Positions 17,625-24,000 of a DNA stretch of 24,000 bases are shown here, one piece after another (positions within the stretch are counted from its first letter, which is position 1; the number at the start of each line of letters is the position of its first letter). Source of the stretch: Clostridium arbusti SL206 (GTDB taxonomy: Bacteria; Bacillota; Clostridia; Clostridiales; Clostridiaceae); the NCBI RefSeq assembly GCF_000246895.1, contig NZ_BAEV01000033.1, forward strand, positions 2,849 to 26,848, given 5' to 3'. The notes under the pieces were generated by a model. It did not search any database and was not told the DNA's origin. It worked only from the letters and a program-made list of their open reading frames with translations. A program made the translations under genes and the position numbers.

Positions 17625-17805
17625 AATTTGACGATGCTCGTTTTGAATATATTCGTGTTGCGGTTGTATGCACGGTAAGCTGTAACTACCACAAATTTAA
17701 CCTGACTAATATTGGGCGCCGATTTATTAGCTGGCAAAACCCGCCATCTAATAAACCAACACCCCTTGCATAAAATTTTAAATATTGTTCGCAAAAACCA
17801 GCTCA
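17625..17805 (-). ncRNA. candidate structured RNA C (unclassified)
   Basis: A GC-enriched island in a 390-nt gap. It contains a strong hairpin (UUAUUAG-AU-GGC-GGGUUUU-GCC-AG-CUAAUAA) and a possible long-range AGCUGG/CCAGCU pairing. Track ORF 17621..17806 uses CGG, GCG, CCC, CGC and ACG codons, which are atypical for this genome. Confidence 0.3.
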
Positions 17806-17877
17806 CATATTTAAACCTTTTATTGCAAGTAGATGTTTTTATTATATTTTTCTATAACATAAAGTTGTATTATAAAA

Positions 17878-17932
17878 TGTAACTTTTTTGAGCACAGTCC
17901 TATAATTAGGGAGTGCGCCCAAAAAAGTTACA
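17878..17932 (-). terminator. long stem-loop/terminator after the helicase gene
   Basis: 13-bp perfect outer arms TGTAACTTTTTTG/CAAAAAAGTTACA enclose inner GCAC/GTGC and TCC/GGA pairs. It starts about 6 nt after the TAA and is followed on the minus strand by TTTTATAAT. Confidence 0.5.
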
Positions 17933-17937
17933 AAAAT

Positions 17938-19437
17938 TTATTTATCTACATTATATATAATTTTACCTACTATCCAGTAAGATTTTTCCCTTTTAACTTT
18001 TCCATTTTCGTCTCTATATGTTTTTGTTTTAGGTACGTCAATAACATATGGTATACCCTGCTCTTTAAAACTAGCATTAAAACTATTAGGACTTTTAAGT
18101 TGTTTTCTATCTTGCCTTAAGTCAATAAATTCAATTAATTCCTTTTGCTTATCTTTATATAATTTTTGTCCAGTAATTTCTTTGAGTAATTCTTCTAAAC
18201 TCATGATTTCTGTAGTTGTCTCAAGTTCTAAAATAAAAGTTTTATCAACGCTTAATGCTGTTGCAATCATATTTTTATAATTAAAATTATTTTTCTTACT
18301 AAGAATTGCATTATATAAAATTAAATCTTCCTGATATTTTGTATACATACACTCATTAACAACCTTTTTTATACTATTATCAGTATTTAAAATATCATCA
18401 ATAATCCTAGTATCTGTAAATCTTTCATTTTTAAATTTATGCTTTACATATTCCTCTTGTCCATGATCTAATAAATAATCTGCTCTTTCAAGAGAATTCG
18501 TAATTTTACTTTTAAATCCATTGATTCTCCTATTATCTTTATAGTTATAGAAATATAAATTTATTGATTCACCTTCACCTATCCGTTTTCTACCCAAACA
18601 CTGAATAAATTCATCTGGATCAAATATATCTATTATAATATGCTTTACTGGAGTACCTTCTTTTACATTTACACCATTATCTAAAGCTGTAGTTATACAT
18701 AGTAAATGGTTTTTAAACTCTCCGTTTTCTATTATATTAGTTCTTTCTTCCTCATTCTCAGTATCTTTTACATATTTATCGTAATATTGATTATACTGAC
18801 TACAGATAAAAGCACCGTTATGTTTCTTACTTATTTCTAATGCTCTCTTGGCGCTGGTAAATAATAAGATCTGTTCCTCTTGGGGAATATCTTCTATAAT
18901 ACTATCTATACTTTCATATGTACTAAAGGCTGTTATATTTCTTATGTAACTATAATCTGTAGATAATTCATATTTGTAATCTATAATAATATCGTTACTT
19001 TTAAAATAATTCTCTAATATCCTTGGAGTAGCAGTTAATAGTATTTTGCATATAGTATTATCTTTTATCATTCTTTTAAAAGATAAATCTGTTTTTATAT
19101 TGAACGTTGAATCTGAAAAATAGTATTGACTCTCATCAAATATTACGTAATCATAGTTATCAAAAGATATATTATTCAATATAAACGTTTCTATCTTCTG
19201 ATAATTCATCACGGTTATATTACTAAATTCCCCTATATCTCTTTTAACTTGATCTTTTAAAGCATTTCTATTAGTTAAATAAAGAATATTACTTCCTTGT
19301 ATGCTGCAATATGTATTTAAAATGTTTTTAATAAAATAACTTTTTCCCCTGCCCGTACCTGCTTTAATTAAAATTAAATTTCCTTTGCTCCATGATTTAT
19401 ATTCTTCTTGTATAACATCTGTAATTCATTTTTTCAT
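17938..19437 (-). CDS. SF2 (DEAD/DEAH-like) helicase, read with TGA=Trp
   Basis: ATG at 19437 gives MKK-W(TGA 19426-19428)-ITDVIQEEYKSWSKGNLILIKAGTGRGKSYF (Walker A) ..., in frame with track ORF 17938..19212. That ORF has VIFDESQ (motif II) and QCLGRKRI (motif VI-like). The total of 1500 nt is 500 codons. Confidence 0.85.
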
Positions 19438-19469
19438 CAATCAAACTTCCTTTCACAAATCATTTTTTA

Positions 19470-19655
19470 TTAATTATATTTTCTACTTACCCATTGATGG
19501 AATACATTTTGTAATTCTTTAGAGTCTTTAAATTTTATATATACATCATTTTTACCACCAACACCAAATTCCACTGGTACTTGTCCATTTTCCAAATAAA
19601 AATTTGCTTGATCCATATTATAGATATATCTATAATCTTTTATTGTTTGATTCAT
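19470..19655 (-). CDS. small DUF5659-like phage protein
   Basis: 61-aa ORF. The pattern YIYNMDQANFYLENG..VYIKF......VFHQW resembles DUF5659. It is a paralog of 20541..20708. Confidence 0.45.
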   Translation of the reverse strand: MNQTIKDYRYIYNMDQANFYLENGQVPVEFGVGGKNDVYIKFKDSKELQNVFHQWVSRKYN

Positions 19656-19717
19656 AATTTAATATCTCCCCTTATTTTTTATAACATATTAATTTTGTTT
19701 CTTCCAATTTGGAAGAA

Positions 19718-19918
19718 CTAAGTTATATCTACTGTTTTAGTTTTCCCACTTACTTTATGGGGCTGCGAGACGAAATCTTCACGATCCTCTGAAGGTACGT
19801 CAAGTAATGCATAAAGTTTTGATGTCGTTAAACCTGCCAACGTTGGCACATTTCCAAACTCTTTAGCCAATCTCATAAATTTATTAGCTGTGGTTTGGTG
19901 GAAATCAACTTTCCACAA
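19718..19918 (-). CDS. DUF3102-like C-terminal fragment/protein
   Basis: The sequence WKVDFHQTTANKFMRLAKEFGN...LYALLDVPSEDREDF resembles the second half of DUF3102 proteins. There is only a TTG start, no clear RBS, and an in-frame TAA 14 codons upstream. Confidence 0.35.
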   Translation of the reverse strand: MWKVDFHQTTANKFMRLAKEFGNVPTLAGLTTSKLYALLDVPSEDREDFVSQPHKVSGKTKTVDIT

Positions 19919-19994
19919 GTTTTTGTCAGAAGTTAAATTGTAACAGCGTTGTTACATTTCCAAATTCTTAACCGGTTCAGAATTTGAAAATTCC

Positions 19995-20189
19995 TTAACC
20001 ACTCGGAAGATTAATCCGAAACCGGTTGCGTATTGTTCTTACATCAACTCCTAATTCCTTAGCCATTTGTTCTTGAGTAATCAAACCTGCATTTTGCTTG
20101 TTTGATTTTCTGTCTCCACCTCTTGTAATCCCACAGAGTTTCTCATATTCCTGATAAACTTTACCTTGTTTTATCGGATTATTGGTCAT
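19995..20189 (-). CDS. small HTH DNA-binding protein (putative)
   Basis: 64-aa ORF with ..RGGDRKSNKQNAGLITQEQMAKELGVDVRTIRN.., an HTH-like segment. Confidence 0.4.
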   Translation of the reverse strand: MTNNPIKQGKVYQEYEKLCGITRGGDRKSNKQNAGLITQEQMAKELGVDVRTIRNRFRINLPSG

Positions 20190-20252
20190 TAAGATTATCT
20201 GTATGGGAACTTTATATTTGCTTCGGCGAAATTATTTCCATTAAGCAATATG

Positions 20253-20315
20253 TTGGACAATTAAATCATTTTGGTCACCAACATGTTGTCCAAATTTTGG
20301 ACAACTAAATCATTT
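20253..20315. repeat. TTGGACAA box cluster (direct repeats plus a perfect 21-bp palindrome)
   Basis: TTGGACAA(T/C)TAAATCATTT occurs at 20253-20271 and 20297-20315. A perfect palindrome GTTGTCCAAA-T-TTTGGACAAC lies at 20285-20305. A second palindrome, TTGGTCACCAA, lies at 20271-20281. Confidence 0.7.
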
Positions 20316-20533
20316 CCGTATATTGATTGTTCACAATAATCTGCAAAAATATTATAACCTAATACCTGATATAATCTCGTATCTCTCATTTGTTTTAGTT
20401 CTAAAGAAAATTCTACTAGTGCCTGTGCTGCTATCTTACCACTGTTTAATATTTTCTTATGTAAATCTTGTGCTGCTTGTACTTCTTCCACATTAAGTAC
20501 TTTATCTTCCATTAAATCTTTTAATTGATTCAA
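20261..20533 (-). CDS. hypothetical protein (helical; start uncertain)
   Basis: 90-aa ORF with a TTG start and no clear RBS. An internal ATG (MEDK) is possible. It ends in TAA. Confidence 0.4.
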   Translation of the reverse strand: MNQLKDLMEDKVLNVEEVQAAQDLHKKILNSGKIAAQALVEFSLELKQMRDTRLYQVLGYNIFADYCEQSIYGNDLVVQNLDNMLVTKMI

Positions 20534-20540
20534 CTTTTTA

Positions 20541-20708
20541 TTATTTATTTAGTAAGTATTTATCCCACTTGTCTTGTAATTCATTAAATAAATCATTTAC
20601 TTTAAATTCTATATAAGCCTTGTATTTATCTATTCCGCATCCAGTTACAGACGCACCTTTATTAATAAATATATTTGCTTGATATAGATTAAAAAATCTT
20701 TTTTTCAT
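20541..20708 (-). CDS. small DUF5659-like phage protein (55 aa, paralog of 19470..19655)
   Basis: ATG at 20708 follows an AAGGAGA RBS and gives MKKRFFNLYQANIFINKGASVTGCGIDKYKAYIEFKVNDLFNELQDKWDKYLLNK, ending in TAA. It is below the track size cutoff. Confidence 0.45.
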   Translation of the reverse strand: MKKRFFNLYQANIFINKGASVTGCGIDKYKAYIEFKVNDLFNELQDKWDKYLLNK

Positions 20709-20806
20709 CTAATTGTTATCTCCTTAATTTATATGTATCATCATTACCCTGCTTGAAATTCCACAGTGCTCACAAATTTGAAGTGTTTAAAAATATTGAT
20801 TTATGC

Positions 20807-21007
20807 TTACTCTAAATACTTGACATCTTGGAGTAATTTAACTACTTTTTCAAAATTCTTTGTTCTCATATCTCTATCACCTAATATAAAATGTGATATT
20901 GTACTTTTAGCTAAATCCAATTGCTTAGCTATATGTATATATTTAATGCCTTTATCTGTGCAATAATTTATAAGTTGTTTTCGTACTCCTTCCTGACCAT
21001 AATCCAT
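20807..21007 (-). CDS. XRE/Cro-like HTH transcriptional regulator
   Basis: 66-aa ORF with an HTH segment (IKYIHIAKQLDLAKSTISHFILG) and an AAAGGAGA RBS. Confidence 0.6.
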   Translation of the reverse strand: MDYGQEGVRKQLINYCTDKGIKYIHIAKQLDLAKSTISHFILGDRDMRTKNFEKVVKLLQDVKYLE

Positions 21008-21057
21008 TTTGATCTATCTCCTTTGTTAAAATTCTTTATTAAAGTTACTAAAGTTGC

Positions 21058-21094
21058 TTAAAAAAAATATATAAAGGGACTAACTCTAGTCCCT
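21058..21094 (-). terminator. rho-independent terminator
   Basis: The minus strand reads AGGGACTA-GAGT-TAGTCCCT, followed by TTATATATTTTTTTT. Confidence 0.65.
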
Positions 21095-21157
21095 ATGTAC
21101 TCAAAAAAAGTTGCATGACATTAATTCCCCATGCGCAGTATATTATTTCAATTTAAA

Positions 21158-21181
21158 GGAGGCGGTGAGATTTGAACTCAC
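21158..21181 (-). other. tRNA 3'-end-like fragment (T-arm plus acceptor 3' strand); possible att core or tRNA mimic
   Basis: The minus strand reads GTGAG-TTCAAAT-CTCAC-CGCCTCC-T. This is a 5-bp T-stem with a canonical TTCAAAT loop followed by 7 nt. I found no matching 5' acceptor strand, D-arm or anticodon arm upstream. Confidence 0.4.
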
Positions 21182-21262
21182 ATAAAATATACAAAATTAC
21201 CAAATTAACACATAGTTCATTCGTGAATTTAGTTAAGTTTCATGTCTTAACTAAATAGATAA

Positions 21263-21282
21263 GGGGAGAAATAAATCTCCTC
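21263..21282. terminator. stem-loop terminator after the RNA polymerase gene (possibly bidirectional)
   Basis: GGGGAGA-AATAAA-TCTCCTC forms 7 bp including one G-U pair. It is T-rich on both sides and lies about 115 nt downstream of the TAA at 21398-21400. Confidence 0.45.
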
Positions 21283-21397
21283 TTTCCTTATACCCACCAT
21301 TTTTGAGACATTTTGACGATAACATTCTTATATTCGTTTTAGAACTATTTTTAATTTACATAATTTACAAGTCTGCACGTAAATTACAAAAACGCTC

Positions 21398-23836
21398 TTA
21401 TTTTTCAGTTTCCAATTTTTTACTATCACCTTCTTTAAATACTGATAGAAATATATCTTTATCCAATTTATACAATATATTTAATAACTCTAATTTATAC
21501 TTAAAATCAAATTTCTCTTCTAATATATCCATAATAATGCTATGTATTGTTTCTTTATTCATTATAAACTTGCTTAAATTGTCAAGATAAATAGATCGTA
21601 CTTTACTTATCTTTCTATATTTTTCCTTTTGTTCTTCTTTATCATTATTGTCTACTTTATTATTATATGTGCTCTGTATCTCCTTAAATTTATTAATCAT
21701 CTTTTTAGCAATCTCTATTATATTTTTCCTTTTTCTACTTTCAGCTTTACTGTCTATGTTATCAATGTAATTTTTAATAGGTTTAGCATGTGTAGTATCT
21801 GCTGGCTTAATTCCATTCATTATTTCTTGTAAATAATCCATTGGGCAATTGTACTTTATGAACCTAATTTTTTTATCTTTATCTTTCTTTTTACCTTTCT
21901 TTTTATTTTGACTTACATATTTAAAAAATAAAGGTTTAGATACATGTAATAGATTACTTTTGTTCAAGCTATCAATTTGCTCTTTTATATTTACATCATA
22001 CATTCTCTTAGCATTGTCTATACAAATCTCTGATAAGATGGTACATATATCAATTTTCTCTAATAACTCATTCAATCTAGTATCATTTTTATCTTTACTA
22101 TATAAATCCCAGTAAGTTGACATAAATAATTGTCCTAAATTTACTACAGTACCTATATTTTTCTGACTCTCTGCTAGTATATTATCTATTACTGCCATAT
22201 CTTTAGTACCTACAGTATAAGAATTAATGTTTTTATTTACTCCATTCTCACAAACTCTATATTGGCTCTCTGGACTTTTAATATAACATTTTCTTGCTCT
22301 AGATAATAAAGTATCATTATTTATTAATAGTAAATTATCTGAATCACAATCCTGGCCTGATAATATTCTATTTATTGGAAAATTTATAGCATTTGTGTAA
22401 ATGATGTTGTTAGTGAGATTAAAATATTTAGATATAAAATCATTATCTTTATTCTTAAGGATTAGTACGTTGCTTTGGCTTGTGTGTGGATTTCTAAATG
22501 AAACATACTCATTATTAAAAGGGTGTAGTTTTGTATAAGCTTCATTTTCCTTTAAGATCATTCTATCTTGCCATTTATCATAATCAAGGATTAACTCACC
22601 TTTTTTATTTCTATTTGTTGGTAATTGCTTCACGACATGATATAATAATTCCTTGCCATTTTGAACAATTGTTGTATAGTCCCCGGGTAATCTTATTTTC
22701 CCATGTTTTATATATTTAACATAATTATGGATATCTGATTTTCTTTTCTTTTTAAATAAGTCTGTATATATAAGTTGGTTATTATGTTTATATAGATCTA
22801 CTATCATCTCATTAGTATTGTTATCATTTACGTTTTTAAATAAATAATCTATGTACACATCATTATTATTTTTTAACTTTTGTATGTAATTTACTTCAAA
22901 TTCACTTAATTTCTTCATATCTTCTTGATCTAAAGGAATACTATTTAATTGCTGATATGACATTTGGTTTATTATATTTCCTTCTACATCATACCCTCTT
23001 TGGCTCTCATGTTCTACCTTCACGATACCGAAAATATGATCTTCATCTTCAATTTTTCTTTTCCAGTGATCCCACATCTTGGGTTTACTACCTTTTACCT
23101 TATTAAATTTTAAGGCCTTAAGGGAATTTGGTGTGGTTATCATAAGTATATCTTTAGCTAAAATTGTATCTCCAAACATATTAGTTAATTCCCATGTATC
23201 ATAATCTATATGATGTTCTGTTGCATAATCCTTTAAAAATTGCTGTATATTAGTATTAAAAACTGCACATTTAAACATATGCTGCCTTAATAGTAAGAAT
23301 CCAGTATTTTCATATTTTCCTACAAATTGACTCGAATCTAAAAGACCTTCGCCATCGAAAATATCATTTGTCATCGTATAATCATTTTGTTGCTTACTTA
23401 CTAATAATACTGGTTTCTTATCTTTTCCCTCTGTATCTAAATTTTCTTGTGTGTTTTCAGCTTCGGCAGAAATCTGCACAACCTGAGGATTATCATTCTT
23501 TTCTTTTTCCTTTTCCACTATATTACAATTAATTTTAAATACAGATTGTACATCGTCTACAAGCAAAATATTTTTAGGATCTATTTTAATAGTGCCCTCG
23601 ATACTACTGCTTACCAAGCTTTCGTAGGTCAGAAGACCTGGATAATCTATATCATTTTTACCTTCTAAAGTCATTCCTAATCTTTGCCATTTTATCATCT
23701 TATCTCTAAGTTGCTTCCTTATAAATAACACCTGGCCTGTCCGGCTCTTACTCGAGGTTCGACTATAGACTACATAATCAATTGTTTTTTTACCTATAAT
23801 AAGAGAAAAGCCTTCTGTGTACAACTTTTTTCTCAA
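21398..23836 (-). CDS. YonO / cellular-RdRP-like single-subunit (double-psi beta-barrel) RNA polymerase, putative
   Basis: 812-aa ORF. It contains VSFRNPHTSQSNVLILKN...NIIYTNAINFPINRILSGQDCDSDNLLLINND. This parallels the RdRP/QDE-1 catalytic region (..RxPxxxxxD(I/V)....(I/V)xF....LSGGDxDGDxxxVxWD). The N-terminal YSRTSSKSRTGQVLF resembles the RdRP S-S-x-x-R-x-x-x-x-F element. The frame stays open upstream to a TAA at 23981-23983 with no canonical start, so the N-terminus is uncertain. There is no in-frame TGA. Confidence 0.6.
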   Translation of the reverse strand: MRKKLYTEGFSLIIGKKTIDYVVYSRTSSKSRTGQVLFIRKQLRDKMIKWQRLGMTLEGKNDIDYPGLLTYESLVSSSIEGTIKIDPKNILLVDDVQSVFKINCNIVEKEKEKNDNPQVVQISAEAENTQENLDTEGKDKKPVLLVSKQQNDYTMTNDIFDGEGLLDSSQFVGKYENTGFLLLRQHMFKCAVFNTNIQQFLKDYATEHHIDYDTWELTNMFGDTILAKDILMITTPNSLKALKFNKVKGSKPKMWDHWKRKIEDEDHIFGIVKVEHESQRGYDVEGNIINQMSYQQLNSIPLDQEDMKKLSEFEVNYIQKLKNNNDVYIDYLFKNVNDNNTNEMIVDLYKHNNQLIYTDLFKKKRKSDIHNYVKYIKHGKIRLPGDYTTIVQNGKELLYHVVKQLPTNRNKKGELILDYDKWQDRMILKENEAYTKLHPFNNEYVSFRNPHTSQSNVLILKNKDNDFISKYFNLTNNIIYTNAINFPINRILSGQDCDSDNLLLINNDTLLSRARKCYIKSPESQYRVCENGVNKNINSYTVGTKDMAVIDNILAESQKNIGTVVNLGQLFMSTYWDLYSKDKNDTRLNELLEKIDICTILSEICIDNAKRMYDVNIKEQIDSLNKSNLLHVSKPLFFKYVSQNKKKGKKKDKDKKIRFIKYNCPMDYLQEIMNGIKPADTTHAKPIKNYIDNIDSKAESRKRKNIIEIAKKMINKFKEIQSTYNNKVDNNDKEEQKEKYRKISKVRSIYLDNLSKFIMNKETIHSIIMDILEEKFDFKYKLELLNILYKLDKDIFLSVFKEGDSKKLETEK

Positions 23837-24000
23837 ATCTTCTTGATTAATCTCTTGATAACTTGGATCTTGCGTTTTGCCAACGAGAAAATCTGTATAT
23901 TCTTTTAATTTTTTATCATAATCTTGATCTTTCTCTAGCAGTTGACCGTCAACCTTTTGTTTTTCTAATTCTAATCTTTTTTATTTGTATATTCAATTAT

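Noticed and set aside
21172-21258. Small plus-strand ORF (TTG start, 28 aa, MNSHKIYKITKLTHSSFVNLVKFHVLTK) preceded by AAAGGAGG
   Set aside because: The apparent SD is the reverse complement of the tRNA-like acceptor/T-arm sequence. I found no credible plus-strand promoter. It would be the only plus-strand gene in the window. It cannot be excluded without expression data.
21100-21260. Complete tRNA gene, possibly the expected UGA suppressor
   Set aside because: Only a T-arm and a 3' acceptor strand are present. No complementary 5' acceptor strand (GGAGGCG or a G-U variant), D-arm or anticodon stem-loop can be folded from the upstream 100 nt. I found no full tRNA elsewhere in the window. RNA A (13826-13924) is cloverleaf-like in outline but fails tRNA geometry, having an 8-nt T-like loop, a 15-bp closing stem and no 7-nt anticodon loop.
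639-23668. All plus-strand ORFs in the track, for example 639..839, 1419..1823, 2460..2672, 9037..9219, 11245..11675, 11969..12517, 12748..12951, 13846..14046, 16897..17145, 20766..20966, 21303..21832, 22531..22719 and 23447..23668
   Set aside because: Each lies antisense to a well-supported minus-strand gene or within a structured non-coding region. They encode F/L/I/S/C-rich low-complexity peptides typical of shadow ORFs in AT-rich DNA, and they lack convincing RBSs.
21398-23836. Absence of TGA in the RNA polymerase gene as evidence of an early-gene, standard-code expression programme
   Set aside because: With about 25% of Trp codons being TGA, the chance of 0 TGA among 6 Trp codons is roughly 18%. 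The early-looking helicase and methyltransferase do contain TGA. The idea is kept only as a hypothesis in the findings.
1-24000. In-frame TGAs explained as pseudogenisation or sequencing errors, selenocysteine, or TGA=Gly (code 25)
   Set aside because: All 15 interruptions are TGA only and never TAA or TAG. They always preserve the frame, occur in essential virion and packaging genes, and fall at conserved Trp positions rather than Gly or Cys/Sec positions. TGA is never used as a true terminator. Random decay would not give this pattern.

Overview
The window is strongly AT-rich and every gene I can support is on the minus strand. It looks like a siphovirus-type phage or prophage segment. Reading the minus strand from right to left, it holds an early/replication region, a small-gene accessory region and a DNA-packaging and virion block.

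- **Early/replication region:** a YonO/RdRP-like single-subunit RNA polymerase, an XRE-type HTH protein, small DNA-binding proteins and an SF2 helicase.
- **Accessory region:** a GIY-YIG endonuclease, an XhlA-like protein, a Dam-type methyltransferase, a PBECR-like nuclease and a DUF4236 membrane protein.
- **Packaging and virion block:** TerS-like HTH protein, small tyrosine recombinase, TerL, portal, gp7/MuF-like head protein, scaffold, major capsid protein, connector, a second GIY-YIG endonuclease, neck proteins, major tail protein with an Ig-like domain, frameshifted tail chaperones and tape measure protein.

**Main finding: TGA appears to encode Trp (code 4), not stop.** The standard-code ORF track splits at least 10 genes at in-frame TGA codons, 15 sites in total. 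In each case the fragments are in the same frame. The TGA falls where homologous families carry a conserved Trp. No reconstructed gene ends in TGA; all end in TAA or TAG. Re-reading with TGA=Trp restores full-length TerL, portal, capsid, major tail, tape measure, helicase, methyltransferase, XhlA-like and both GIY-YIG proteins.

**Other signals:**
- Three GC-rich islands that look like structured RNAs. One has a consensus promoter, a 15-bp closing helix with strand-specific G-U pairs and an intrinsic terminator.
- A tRNA 3'-end-like fragment between two terminators.
- A G6-tract frameshift in the methyltransferase.
- A canonical -1 slippery heptamer in the tail chaperone pair.
- A recombinase inserted between TerS and TerL, with nearby repeats.
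- Palindrome and iteron clusters.

All family assignments come from my recognition of motifs. No database search was run.
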